DNA of 64,000 nucleotides from Malacoraja senta (taxonomy: Eukaryota). The stretch covers positions 4,402,001 through 4,466,000 of the forward strand of contig CM075991.1 in assembly GCA_038087875.1 (NCBI GenBank). The letters are read 5' to 3'. The translations under genes and the position numbers were made by a program. How positions within the stretch are numbered: the stretch's first letter is position 1; each line of letters opens with the position of its first letter. This document shows positions 28,040 to 42,865 of this stretch, piece after piece. The notes below the pieces were generated by a model, which worked only from the letters and a program-made list of their open reading frames with translations, searched no databases and was not told where the DNA came from.

Positions 28040-28810
28040 TGACAGGCATTATCTAAATGGTGGCCGATTAGGAAAAGGGGAGATGCAGCGAGACCTGGGT
28101 GTCATGGTACACCAGTCATTGAAAGTAGGCATGCAGGTGCAGCAGGCAGTGAAGAAAGCGAATGGTATGTTAGCTTTCATAGCAAAAGGATTTGAGTATA
28201 GGAGCAGGGAGGTTCTACTGCAGTTGTACAGGGTCTTGGTGAGACCACACCCGGAGTATTGTGTACAGTTTTGGTCTCCAAATCTGAGGAAGGACATTAT
28301 AGCCATAGAGGGAGTGCAGAGAAGGTTCACCAGACTGATTCCTGGGATGTCAGGACTTTCATATGAAGAAAGACTGGATAGACTTGGCTTATACTCGATA
28401 GAATTTAGGAGATTGAGAGGGGATCTTATAGAAACGTACAAAATTCTTATGGGGTTGGACAGGCTAGATGCAGGAAGATTGTTCCCGATGTTGGGGAAGT
28501 CCAGGACAAGGGGTCACAGCTTAAGGATAAGGGAGAAATCCTTTAAGACCGAGATGAGAAAAAACCTTTTCACACAGAGAGTGGTAAATCTCTGGAACTC
28601 TCTGCCACAGAGGGTAGTTGAGGCCAGTTCATTGGCTATATTTAAGAGGGAGTTAGATGTGGCCCTTGTGGCTAAAGGGATCAGGGGGTATGGAGAGAAG
28701 GCAGGTACGGGATACTGAGTTGGATGATCAGCCATGATCATATTGAATGGCGGTGCAGGCTCGAAGGGCCGAATGGCCTACTCCTGCACCTATTTTCTAT
28801 GTATCTATGA
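28040..28810 (+). mobile_element. Young CR1/HER1 LINE 3' fragment nested in an older CR1 copy (about 27650-29330)
   Basis: Uninterrupted CR1 ORF2 C-terminus (RDLGVMVHQSLK...LVRPHPEYCVQFWSP...) flanked by older, degenerate CR1 sequence on both sides. Confidence 0.9.
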
Positions 28811-30829
28811 CAGTGGTTGAAACAGATACGTTAGTGATAGTGGCATTTAAAAGATTTTGGGATAGGTATATAGGGGTCGATCAGCCATGATCACAATGAA
28901 TTGGCTCAAAGGGCCGGATGGCCTCCTCCTGCACCTATTTTCTATGTTTCTATGTTTCTATGTATATGAATATACAGGGAATGGAAGGATGAGAGGAATA
29001 GATCGCATAGATGCACGGAGTTCCTTGCCCAGAGCAGGGGAATCGAGAACCTGAGAACATAGGTTTAAGGTGAGGAGGGAAAAGTTTAATAGAAACCTGA
29101 GAGTTACCTTTTTCACACAAAAGGTGGTGGGTGTATGGAACGAGCTACCGGAGGAGGTAGTTGAGATGGTACTTTCGCAATGTTTAAGAAACATTTAGAC
29201 AGGTACATGGATAAGACAGATTTGGAGGGATAAGGCAGGTGGGACTAGTGTTGATGGGATATGTTGGTCAGTGTGCCAAGTTGGGTCGAAAGGCCTGTTT
29301 CCACTTTGCATGACCCTATGACTCTCTCTATGACTCCAAAGATATGGGTTATGTGTAGGTAAGTAAGTAAGTACATTTTATTTATATAGCACGTTTAAAT
29401 CAACTCGCGTTGAAACCAAAGTGCTTTACATAGAACATAATATTTAAGATTCCGTACATCCATAGAAAAAAAAAAAAAAAAAAATGACACAACACATTAT
29501 AGAATTCAACATGAACATCCCCCCACAACAGAATCAAAATTTCCACTGTGGGGAAAGGCACCAGAAAGTTCAATCCTCTTCCTCTATGTGGCCTCCGCAG
29601 CCAGTCCGATGTTTTCAGGCCCTCTTGCTGGGTAGATGGAACTCTGGCGTAGATACATGATGGTCTTGGCATCATGTTCGGCACAGCCATTGTGGGCCAA
29701 AGGGCCTGTTCTTGTGCTGTACTGTTCCATGTTCTACGATCTAAATCTTGTTCATAAGATGCATTCCTTCCTGCCAAGTTTCTCCCTGCACGAGCAAAGC
29801 AAATTAAAATTAAGTTGTACAACTCTAAAAAATGTGGTTCTTTGAAACGAAAACAAACATCCTCTTGAAAGCAACTCAAGTCTACCGAAGCTATTAATGT
29901 TCACAGCTCACCAGTCACCAATGAATTATGTTGTGTGCGTTTTTGGCATGTCGCAGGCTCCTGTTTCTCTGTGAGATTGCTATTCGAGGCCACTGGACCA
30001 TCACTGAAAGAGTCTCGTAGTTCACATTGAATTACTGATTACCAGACCTCGATCATCACCACTCAGGTTAACAAGTGGGTCATATAGCAGCCTTGGGAAA
30101 CTGCCATGTGTACTCCTTGCTGTCTAACTCTATGGACGTTTCCTTAGCAGTTGCAAGCTGCCCAATAGCTACCGTTTAAAATCACTATTTGAGGGGAAAA
30201 AATTGCTTAGATTAGTTTAGAGATACAGCACGGAAACAGGCCTTTCAGCCCACCGAGTCCGCAAAGACCAGCAATTCCCGGACACCAACACTATCCCACA
30301 CACACTAGGGACAATTTACATTTATACCAAGCCAATTAACCTACTAACCTGTACGTCTTTCGAGTGTGGGAGGAAACCGAAGATATCGTGGAAAATCCAC
30401 ACAGGTCATGGGGACGTGCAAACATGCGAACTCCATACAGACAGCACCCATAGTCAAGATCGAGCCCGCGCTGTAAGCCGTAGCTCTACCACTGCGCCAC
30501 CACGCCTCCCTTGTTACTTTAACTCATTGCTTTCTCATTTCTCCCCTCCTCTTCCCTCTACCAACCTCTCTGGGAGGATAGGGTAATCATCAGGAAATAA
30601 GGACGATATTCTGACCATGAAAGAGGTCACGTGTGCACAAGACCATGAGAGATCAGGCAGGCTTGGATTTTATTCCTTGGAGAAGAGGAGGCTGAGGGGC
30701 GATCAGTCAAGAGTACATTATTGTCATATGTCCTAGCACTTGCTGCAGCAAAACAGAAAATGGACAGATAGTGCTCTGTAAACAATATAATAAACGAGAA
30801 AAAAGTATATATATATACTGAACTTTTTC

Positions 30830-32342
<1,513 letters not shown>

Positions 32343-32364
32343 TTTCGGGACGAGACCCTTCGTC

Positions 32365-32747
32365 ATATAAATATGTGTATATATAAATATGTATATATAT
32401 ATATATATATATAAATATGTGTGTATATATGTGTGTATATGTATATGTGTATATATATATATATATATACATGTATATATATGTGTATATGTATATGTGT
32501 GTATATATGTGTGTATATATGTGTGTATATATGTGTATATATGTGTGTATATATATGTGTATATATATGTGTATATATGTATATATATATGTATATATAT
32601 GTGTGTGTATATCTGTATATATACATGTGTATATATATATGTGTATATATATGTATATTCATGTGTGTATATATATGTGTATGTATATATGTATATATAT
32701 GTATATATATGTGTGTGTGTGTGTGTATATATATACACGTGTGTGTA

Positions 32748-32790
<43 letters not shown>
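32365..32790. repeat. Mixed (TA)n/(TG)n microsatellite
   Basis: Direct observation. Confidence 0.97.
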
Positions 32791-32793
<3 letters not shown>

Positions 32794-32799
32794 CACCAT

Positions 32800-33907
32800 T
32801 ATCAAGTCAACTTTATTTGTCACATACCCAGACAAGATGTGCAGTGAAATGAAAGTGGCAATGCCTGCGGGATTGTGCAAAACAACAGAACAGAACCAGT
32901 ATTTACATTTTTTTTAAAACACAACAGTAAATGAGTCCCTGGTGAGATTAGAGTTCACAGTCCTGATGGCCTGTGGGAAGAAACCGTCTCATCCTCTCTG
33001 TTTTCGCAGCGTGACAGTGGAGGCGCTTGCCTGACCGTAGCAGCCAAATCAACAGTCCGTTGCTGGGGTGGTAGGGGTCCTTCATGATCTTGCTGGCTCT
33101 GCATCTACACCTCCTGGTGTATAGGTCCTGTAGGGGGGCAAGTGTAGTTCCCATAGTGCGTTCGGCCGAACGCACTACTCTCTGCAGAGCCTTCCTGTCC
33201 TGGGCAGAGCTGTTCTCAAACCAAATTGTGATGTTGCCGGACAAGATGCCTTTCTACAGCCCCAGAGTAGTAGGACTGAAGGATCCTCAGAGAAACTCTG
33301 AATTTCCTCAACTGCCTGAGGTGGTAAAGGCGTTGCCTTGCCTTTCTCACCAGTGCGGCAGTGTGTGTTGTCCATGTCAGATCCTCCCTGATGTGGACTC
33401 CCAGGTATTTAAAGCTGCTCACCCTATCCACTGTAGTCCCATTTATCCCCGGGGGCGTGTACATCCTCGGTTGTTGAGCCCTTCTAAAGTTCAAAATCAG
33501 CTCCTTAGTTTTACTGACATTCAAGAGGAGGCTGTTGTCCTGACACCAGAGTGCCAGATCAGCCACCTCCTCCCTGTAGGCCTTCTCATCATTATTGGAG
33601 ATCAGGCCCACCACCACAGTGTCATCAGCAAACTTGATGATGGAGTTGTAGCTGAAACTGGCCACAGTCATGTGTGTACAGGGAGTACAGTCGGGGGTTA
33701 AGGACGCAACCCTGGGGGGATCCTGTGTTCAGGGTGAGGTGGTTGGAGGTATGTCTCCCCATCTTGACCACCTGGGGCCTGGCGGTGAGAAAGTCCAGGA
33801 CCCAGGCACACAGGGGGGTGTTCAGTCCCAGTTCCAGCAGCTTCTCAGCAAGTCTGGTGGGCACTATGGTGTTGAAAGCTGAACTGAAATCAATGAATAG
33901 CATCCTC
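32800..33907 (-). mobile_element. Rex1/Babar-type LINE reverse transcriptase fragment (5'-truncated, frameshifted)
   Basis: [13 protein letters not shown]...TGSPQGCVL...[19 protein letters not shown]...WCQDNSLLLNVSKTKELI...ARQRLYHLRQLRKF spread over three frames. Confidence 0.88.
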
Positions 33908-34379
33908 TAGATTTTGGAAAAATATTTCTCGACAGTGAGGTTTAAATCCATAACTTTTTAAGGCGGTCGTCACTGCATTGGCATTATTTTCCCCACCGTG
34001 CCAACAGATGTGTACAGCAATTAATTCTTCCCCCGCACAATTAAAGCATGGAATAATCTTCACCCTACCAGTTACCCAACCAGATGCAACTAAATTTAAG
34101 GTAGCTCTTTCTTCCCAAAAACCCTTTCTGGCTTAAGTCCTCCCTCCACCACCTGCAGTTTAAATTCCATTTGGAATATTTTGGAGGACCAAGAAACCAA
34201 GAACCAAGAACCCCTTTCACAAGTGTCGCGGTTGAGAACGAGCAGGCAAAATCCACGTTTCTCCTCCCATTCCCTAATTCAGAAAAGCTCGGTAGGGGGC
34301 AGACATGGACTAAAAGTGCCACTCCCGGTTTACAGCCTTTAACACCACAAACCAAGTGGGAAATATTCGCAGCCAGTCC

Positions 34380-35090
34380 AATGTTCCGGATTAGACATAT
34401 AACACAAAGGGCTGCGTTGGACAATCCTCGTTCCACCAGCTGACGACGCCGCCGCCGCCTTGTTGACGTTTTATTCGGCTTTGGGAGGTTGGGAAGGAAT
34501 GCTGGCGAGGAACCGTAAAACAAAGTGGGAAACAAAAGCAACGAGAAACGGTGGAAACAGAGTGGCGAGGAGAAGCGCATGAAATCGCCTGGTGTGTGTG
34601 TGTGTGTGTGGTGGACGAGGGCTGCAGGCCTCAACTTGCAGTTTGCAGGCAGGTTAATTTCAGTGCGCGCGCCCGGCTTTGGAACGCTGACCTGGGGATT
34701 TGTATCAATTTAAACTGTCGCCACGTTCCATTTCGGAAGTAACATTTTGAACCGCGTCGCAACCGGGGGGGGGGGGGGGGGGGGGAACAGACTCTTTAAT
34801 TGTCACAGTTACTGCAACTGGGACCGGCCCTCAATCATTCTCTGGCTGCCGTTTCATGTGAGTAAATAACTCTGGTGATCGCGTTACAGGGCTTTTCAGA
34901 TGCGCTGGTGGAGACCTGAAGGAACCCACCCCCCGGCGGATACCCCAGTGCTGCGCTGTTTAAAGCGCTGATGTAGTCGTTAAACCGAGGCCCAGTTTTT
35001 TTTAAATTCACAATTGCATTGGATTCAGTGTTTATTGGTCCTCGGGGGGAAAGGGTCGGCGACTTTGTCCTTGATCGTCGACCCTTCCTT
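34380..35090 (+). promoter_or_regulatory. CpG-rich promoter and putative non-coding exon 1 of the DDHD2-like gene
   Basis: Non-repetitive CpG-enriched stretch with a (GCC)n run at about 34448-34459 and a possible donor CCTG|GTGTGT near 34591. The first coding exon begins at an acceptor (39520), so an upstream exon is required. Confidence 0.55.
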
Positions 35091-35122
35091 ATTCCCTGTG
35101 TCTCAGTCCCCCGACTCTCAGT

Positions 35123-35150
35123 CTGAAGAAGGGTCTCGACCCGAAACGTC
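35123..35150 (+). ncRNA. Minimal type I hammerhead ribozyme motif (Penelope pLTR-derived), representative intact copy
   Basis: CTGAAGA-A-GGGT(CTCG)ACCC-GAAA-CG-TC: conserved core CUGANGA/GAAA/UH, a stem II hairpin and palindromic ACGT in place of stem III. Confidence 0.6.
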
Positions 35151-37089
35151 ACCCACTCCTTCTTTCCGGAGATGCTGCCTGTCCCGCTGAGTTACTCCAG
35201 CATTTTGTGCTATCATCGACGAAACATCAATGTCTTAGTTGTTTCCTCGTTACAGTTCGTGCCGAAGTTCATTGGGTTCAAAGTAGTTACTGGATTTCCA
35301 AAATTTTGAGTTAGTTCAAAGTCTTTTATCGACTGAATTCAAGATGTATATGTCATCTCATTTATATGTAAGACTGCCTCCTGGTACTATCACTCTCTTG
35401 GTCAAAGATCAACACTCTCTTTGTCAAAGATCTTTGCTCTTGGTATCAGGTAATGTACATGTGGAATGGTAGGGAGTTTACAACACCGAATGCCCTTTGA
35501 CCCATTACGTGATGAGTTACCCAACCCTTCCAGCACCTGATCATTATCCCTGCCAGTGCATGTCCAGTCGAATGACACAGCGTGGAAACAGGCCCTTCGG
35601 CCCAACTTGCCTATGCCAACCCAGATGCCCCATCAACACTAGTCCCACCTGCCTGCTTTTGCCCCATATCCTTCTAAACCTTTTCTATCAATTTACCTGT
35701 CCAAATATATTTTAAACATTGTTATAGTACCTGCCTCAACTACTTCCTCTGGCAGCTTGTTCCATACACCCACCACCCTGTGTGAAAAGGTTGCCCCTTG
35801 GGTTCCTATTAAATATTTCCCCTCGCATCTTACACCCATGTCCTCTGGTTCTCGATCCTCCTACTTTGGGTAAAAGACTGTGCAACTCCCCAGTCCATTC
35901 CCCTCATGATCGTATACACCTCTTTCAGATCACCCCTCATCCTCCAGTGCTCCAAGGAAGAGTAAAGTTTAAAGGAGATATGAGGCGAAGTTTTTTTTAA
36001 ATACAGTGGTGAGTGACTGGAAAGCACTGCAAGGGGTGGTGGTTGAGACTGATATGATAGTGACGTTTAAGATGAGGATATGGATATATAGAGAATGGAG
36101 AATAAGGGAGGAATATGTATTATGTACAGGCTGATAAGATTTGGTTTTGGCATCCTATTCGGCACAGGCATTGTGTGGTGTTTGCACGTTCTCCCTGTGA
36201 CCGTGTGGGTTTTCTCCGGGTGATCTGATTTCATAGAAACATAAAAATAGGTGCAGGAGTAGGCCATTTGGTCCTTTGAGTCAGCACCGCCATTCAATAT
36301 GATCATGGCTGATCGTCCAAAATCAGTACCCCGTTCCTGCTTTCTCCCCATATCCCTTGACTCCGTTAGTCCTAAGAGCTAAATCTAACTCTCTCTTGAA
36401 AACATCCAGTGAATTGGCCTCCACTGCCTTCTGTGGCAGTAATTCCACAGATTCACAACTCTCTGGGTGAAAAAGTTTTACCTCATCTCAGTCTTAAATG
36501 GCCGACCCCTTATTTGTAAACTGTGACCCCTGTTTCCTCCCACACTCCAAATAAGTGCGGGTTTGCGGGTTAATTGGCTTCTGTGAATTACCCCTAGTGT
36601 GTTGGATGCAAAAAACTGGGATAACAGAGAACTAATGTACGGGTTGTCCTGTTCAAGCCTGTTGTCCTGAAGAGCTGAACAGCCCTGAACACTTGTCCAG
36701 GCCAATGGCCAGTAACCCTCAACAATACACTTTCAGGCAATTCTTGACCATGGACAAAAAAGATACCACATCACCGCCACTTCTCCGTTCCCACAACTTA
36801 AAAGGTACCTGAATTACAAATTCCGCTTCTGCTAAAGAGTTACCAACCCAAGATGTCAACTCTGTCTTTCCCTTCACCGAGTATTCCAACATTTTCTGCT
36901 TTTAATATGAAAAATTACTTTTATTCAGATTCGTCCACTAACCTTCACCGACCCAACATGTTCAAAACCTCCCAAGACAACAAAAAGCAGAAGTTAGGAT
37001 TTGAAGTAAAAATAGTTTACCCGCACTGGTGTTTACAGGAAGCTCTTCAGCCCAACTCCACCCTCTGTCATGCACAGATAGTTTCAATT

Positions 37090-37490
37090 GAAGACAGATG
37101 CAAAACGCTGGAGTAACTCAGCGGGACAGGCAGCATCTCTGAAGAAAAGGAATAGGTGACGTTTCGGGTCGAGACCCTTCTTCAGACTGGGAGTCAGAGA
37201 GATATAGACGGTGATATCGAGAGATATAGAACTAATGAATGAAAGATATCGCCAAAAGTAACGATAATCAAGGGAGGGTGGAGCCCACAATGGTCCATTG
37301 TTGGTTATGGGCTAGGGGTGACAACAAGTTATACAGCGAGTGAAACTCAACAGGGCGACAGTGAAGCTAGTATGATGACTTAGGTGGGGGAGGGACGGAG
37401 AGCGAGAAGGGGGAAAGCAAGGGTTACTTGAAGTTGGAGAAATCAAGATTCATACCGCTGGGTTGTAAGCTGCCCAAGTGGAATATGATG
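37090..37490 (-). mobile_element. Penelope-like 3' end plus pseudo-LTR
   Basis: Reverse complement of the same module, with an intact hammerhead core at 37158-37185. Confidence 0.75.
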
Positions 37491-38682
37491 TTGGTTTGGG
37501 TTTGTTCCCTTGCGAGTGCTGAGGAAGTTAAGGAGGTCTGGGGGCAGAAAACTGATTACACTGAACATTCGGAGCACAATAGCAGCCTGGTGGAGCGCAG
37601 CGAATGCGGTTGTGAAAATGAGCCCTTGTTCAAAGAAGTATTGTGTGGCAGGCATTGTATTCAGCTGTGCAGACAAACAAAATGTTCTGGATTCACAGAG
37701 CTCCCTGATAAATCGTGCTCTATTCATTTTGTCCTCCCGTAGCTCGAGAACCAAGGCTGCCGTTTCTCCAGTGTAGACTTTTACAAGTAGCCAATTCGTG
37801 CACAGCAAACTCGCACAGACAGCATTGTGCTAACAGTGTCAGGCAGCATCCCTGAAGAACACGGAGAGGCGATGTTTAGAGTCGGCACCCTTCGTCAGAC
37901 TCGGATGCGACCCGAAGCGTCATCTTTGCATGTTCTCCAGAGACGCTGCCTGAGTTACTCCAGCACTTTGTGTCTTTTGGTTGTTTTGGATTTGTATAAC
38001 GTCTTTTAGTTCGAGCCATTTGCAGACAGTGCAATGCATCTGAAATGTAGGGGTTGTGGAAATAAGGGCTGCTAAAATACACACAGGAAGCCCCCACAAA
38101 CAGCAGTGAGCTGATGGTTTATTTGCCATTGAGTGGGGAAATAAATATTGGCCAGGGTTTGAGTTGATTCAACTGGGAGTGCAGATAGGCCAATGTTTTG
38201 ATCCAAAAACCTCTGACCTTGTTGTACTGCTCTGGGGAAACCATGTTCGATGTTTGTGCTGAGGCCTCCTGAACGGTTCTTCGTTAAGGTGTAAGAATTT
38301 AGTTCAGAGATTCAACGTGGAAACAGGCCCTTTTGGCCCACTGAGTCTCCACCAACCAGATATCTCCCATACACGAGTACTGTCTTCCACACTAGGGGCC
38401 ACGTACAGAAGCCAATTTAGCTACAAACCCACGTGTCTTTGGAATGTGGGAGGAAACCAGAGCACCCAGAGGAAACCCATGCTGTCACAGGGAGAACGTG
38501 CAAACTCCGTGCAGACTCCACCGTTCCTCCCCCATCCCAAAGACGCATGGGTTTGTAGGCTATTGGCTCCAGTGCATTGACCCTAGTGAGTAAGCTAGAA
38601 CTAGTTCACTGGGATCGCTGGTCTGTGCAGACTCAGTGGGCTGAAAGACCTGTTTCCACACTGTATCTTTACACTAAACTAA

Positions 38683-39001
38683 AAGCCCTGTCCCACTGTA
38701 CGAGTTCATTCAAGAGCTCTCCCGAGTTTAAAAAAAAAATCAAACTCGTGGTAAGCACATAGAATGTACGTAGCGGGTACGTCGGAGCTTGGGGACGACT
38801 CTTAGTGGCTCGTAACGCTAACGGCAGGTACTCGGGAAACGCGGTAAGCTCGGGAAGACTCGTGAAGATTTTTCAACATGTTGAAAAACGTCCAGGAGAG
38901 CCCCGAGTACCGACGAGCGGCCATTACCGTAAATCTCCGAGTTCGAATCAGGGGAAACTCGGGAGAACTCTTGAATGAACTCGTACAGTGGGACAGGGCT
39001 A
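38683..39001. mobile_element. PIF/Harbinger (Tourist-like) MITE
   Basis: About 46-nt terminal inverted repeats AGCCCTGTCCCACTGTACGAGTTCATTCAAGAG...; TAA target-site duplication; no ORF. Confidence 0.8.
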
Positions 39002-39547
39002 TAAATAATAAATGTCAACAGTTTCAAGACCTGTGAAGACATGTGGGTTTGTAGGTTAATTTGCCTCTAAATTGCCCCAAGTGTGTAGGAGTGGATAGGA
39101 ATTTAGCTTAGTTTTGCTTCAAGATATAGCGTGGTAACAGGCCCTTCGGCCCATCGAATCCAGGCCAACCAGCAATCCCAGTATCCGAGCCCTATCCTAC
39201 TACATACATTAGGGACAATTTACAATTCCACCAAGCGAATTAGCCTGCAAACCTGTACGTCTTTGGAGTGTGGGAGGAAACCCACGCTGGTCGCGGGGAG
39301 AACATACAAACCTTGAACAGAGAAGCACCTGTAGTCAGGATCGAACCCAGGTCTCTGGCACTGTAAGGGAGCAACTCTACCGCTGCACCACCGTGTGGCC
39401 CCTGGGAATGTGAAATAACGGGTGATCGATGGTCGGCGTGGACTCGGTGGGCCTGAATCCTTGCCGTATCTTTCAAGCGATGTTTGAGCTGCCACTAAAC
39501 TCTCTGTGTGTTCCTCCAGGGCCGTGTAGATTGCCCCGTCTGGAGAG

Positions 39548-39868
39548 ATGGCCTGCCCGCCCTCCCGGGTCCCTCCCACGGAGATTGGGCAGCAGCATCA
39601 GGCCGGAGCTGTGGCTGGTGAAGTGCCGGAAGGGTGGTCGCTGCTGACGACGGACGGCCTGGTGCCGTCCCCGGCCTCCACGCCGCACGGCTTCCCCCCC
39701 TGCCCGGAGCCCGTGGGGGGGGAGGTGGGACCACCGCCCGACACCACCAACCTCTCCGCGCCGTGGCGTGAGGCCGAGGCCGCCCGCGGGGAGCAGCGGA
39801 CGCGCGGCACGGGCAAACTTCACTCCGACGCACCGGGCGGCAATCCGAACGCTGCTCCCTCCCGCCAG
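39548..39868 (+). CDS. DDHD2: DDHD2-like phospholipase A1, coding exon 1 (Pro/Gly-rich N-terminus)
   Basis: Acceptor ttcctccag at 39519; in-frame TAG upstream of ATG 39548; 107 codons MACPPSRVPPTE...NAAPSRQ; strong donor CAG|GTGAGT, phase 0, in frame with the next exon. Confidence 0.7.
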
Positions 39869-40268
39869 GTGAGTGATGTCTTGTCCCGACCGTGAACCAG
39901 GGAGGATATCTCGTTCAATGGGGCGAAGGGTTCTACATGGAAACCCATCCTCCCAAATAAACTCTGGATACAAGGAACTGCAGGCGCTGATTTACAAAGT
40001 GCTGGGGTAACTCAGCAGGTCATGCTACATCTCTGGAGAGCATGGATGGATGACTTTACAGGTTGGGACCCTACTGAAGTAAATCAGCAGGTCAAGCAAC
40101 ATCTGGAGTTTCAAGGCGTGTGAATACAACACCCGTGGTCAGGATCGAACCCGGGACTCTGGTGCTGAGAGGCAGCAACTCTACCACTGAGCTCCTGTAC
40201 GTGAGCGCGCGCGCGACTGTCTCCGGCCTCTGCTGGAATGACCCTTTTGCTTTGCTGGAATCTTTCAG

Positions 40269-40479
40269 GAAGTCCTGGGATCACTGGACCGATGGGAGGG
40301 GCAGCCCGAGGACACGATGGCATCCAGTCGGGGAGAGGCAGCCAACGTGGGTCCTGGCCTCAGCCCCTACGAGCCGGTGCAACCTCACTGGTTCTACTGC
40401 AGGATGGAAGACTCCAAGCCTCTCTGGACTCCCTTCAGTAAACTGGACTCTCTCGTGCTGGAGGAGAAGTGTTGTTCTG
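40269..40479 (+). CDS. DDHD2: DDHD2-like coding exon 2 (start of WWE-like region)
   Basis: EVLGSLDRW...SPYEPVQPHWFYCRMEDSKPLWTPFSKLDSLVLEEKCCS: YEPVxPHWFYC motif of DDHD2/SEC23IP; 211 nt. Confidence 0.9.
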
Positions 40480-40999
40480 GTAGGTACCTGGCTTTGGACT
40501 TGAGATTGTACAGGATGGAAACAGGTCCTTCGGCCCACCGAGTCCGCATTGACCTGCGACCCCCGTACACTAGCACTATCCCACGCGTTAGGAACAATTT
40601 ACAATTTTACCTCGGCCAATCTTTGTAGTGTGGGCGGAAACCGGAGCACCCGGAGAAAACCCACGCGGTCACAGGGAGAACGTCCAAGCTTGAACTTACA
40701 GACAGCACCCGTAGTCAGGATCGAACCATAAGGCAGCAACTCTACCGCTGCGTCACCACCATGCTGCCCTTTATCCACAATCCCTGGTTTAGGAACCCAG
40801 TGCCCTTCAGAACCATAGAAGTCTGCATCATCCCCACTCCACCCAGCGGCCCAGTGGCGCAGCTGGTAGTGCCGCTGCCTCACTGCGCCAGAGACCCGGC
40901 TTCAATCCTGATCTCCGGTGCTGAACATGTGGAGTTTGCACGTTCTTCCCTGTGACCGTGTGGGTTTCCGGCATTGCACTGGTTCTCCTTCCCCATCTT

Positions 41000-41213
41000 G
41001 CTCGGGGACGTCTCTTAGCGCTAACGGCAGGTACTCGGGAAGACTCGCTAACGGCAGGTAAGCTCGGGAAGACTCGTGAAGATTTTTCAACATGTTGAAA
41101 AATGTCCACGAGAGCCCCGAGTACCGACGAGCGGCCATTACCGTAAATCTCCGAGTTCGAATCGGGGCAAACTCGGGAGAGCTCTTGAATGAACTCGTAC
41201 CGTGGGACAGGAC
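41000..41213. mobile_element. Partial copy of the same MITE
   Basis: Matches the right two-thirds of 38683-39001, including the right TIR. Confidence 0.78.
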
Positions 41214-41561
41214 TATTAGTCTTTTACTTTGGAAACCAGCATCTGCGGTTCCTGGTTTCTCCTGATAGTATCTAGGAGCAGCAGGTGTGAATGTCGGAAG
41301 TGTAGGATTAGTTTTAAATGTGTAGTTAATGGGCAGCATAGTCTCGGTGGGTCGAAGGGACTGTTTCCATGCCGTATGATTCCGCCTTTGAGAGCTGGCA
41401 CAGTGTGGGATAGAACTAGTGTAGGCACGATGGGTCGAAGGGCATTTTCCCTGCTGTATCTCTAAACTAAACTAAATTAAATGGATCAGGATGGAAGGGA
41501 CATTAAAAATAAACGGGATGTGCTTCTTCTAAGGAAGATCTTTCCTTTTTTTCCCCCACAG

Positions 41562-41752
41562 TGTCGGAGTTGCAGGAGGTGGTGGTGGCGACGGATGGCG
41601 GGCGTTACGACGTGTCGCTGGCTCGGCGCTCACGGCATGCCGTGTACTGGCAGGAGGCCCCCAGTGAAGTCCGCCGCTGCACCTGGTTCTATAAGAGCGA
41701 CAAGGACAGCAGATTTAACCCCTACGCTGAGGAGTGCAGCCTGCAGATCGAG
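41562..41752 (+). CDS. DDHD2: DDHD2-like coding exon 3
   Basis: [58 protein letters not shown]; 191 nt; AG/GT flanks. Confidence 0.95.
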
Positions 41753-42865
41753 GTACACTAGTCCCATCCCGCCTCCCATCACCACGGTGGCGCAGCGGTA
41801 GAGTTGCTGCCTTGCAGCTCGTGGAAGCGCCGGAGACCCGGGTTCGATCCCGACTATGGGTGCTGTCTGTACGGGCTTTGTACGTTCTCCCCATGACCGC
41901 GTGCGTTTTCTCAGGGATTTTCGGATTCCTCCCACACTCCAAAGACGTACAGGTTTATAGGTAAATTGGCTTGGTATAAGTGTAAATTGTCCATAGTGTT
42001 AATGTGCGGGGATCGCTGGTCGGTGTGGACTCAGTGAGCCGAAGGGCCCGTTTCTGCACTGTATCTTTAAACTAAATCTCGCCCAGCCAGTGTTGGGGCC
42101 CTGTGTCACTGGCTGTCTGCCCCCATTCTACTCCTGCCTTCAGCTCTCTCCCGCAGCTCCTTGCACTGGCGAGAACACTTCACAGACACTCCTCTGGCAT
42201 GTTATAGAGTCGGACAGAGTGGACACAGGCCCTTCAGCTCAACTCTTATCCCGGCCATGAAATATGGATTTCAAGAGTGTTTAATTTCCATGTGTAGCAA
42301 CAACTGAAGAATGAAATTCTCGCTTGCATCACCATGACAACTCAAGGATACTCAAACTTAGCCAATCCCATGAATAAATCTGGAACTTTAAAAGCCGATA
42401 TCAGTATGAGAGTCATATGGCACGGAAATAAACCCTTCAGCCCAACTTGCCCATGCTGACCAAGTCCATGCTGTTCCCACCTGCCTGCGTTTGGCCAATA
42501 TCCCGCTAAACCTTTCCTATCCACTTTGGTGCCACATCACCAGGAAAAACACAAGGAAAACCCACCTGATACACCAGTGTCTTTCTGGGTAAGAAATCGA
42601 CTTTCCTGCCCTAACCCGAAACCTCACCTATCCACGTTCTCCAGAGATGACTTTTATTTATGGTCACGCTTACCGAGGTACAGAGAAGAGCTTTTGTTGC
42701 GTGCTAGCCGGTCAGCGGGAAGACGATACATGATTACAATCGAGTCGTCCACAGTGCACAGATACATGATAACAAGAATGACATGGGTGCAAGATGAAGC
42801 CCAGTAAAGTCTGATCCAAGATAGTCTCTGATGAGGTAGATGTAGGTAGATAATGTAGATATAGA

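Noticed and set aside
34065..34634. 189-aa minus-strand ORF over the DDHD2 promoter
   Set aside because: Runs through a CA repeat and into a LINE 3' remnant; no recognisable homology or coding-like composition.
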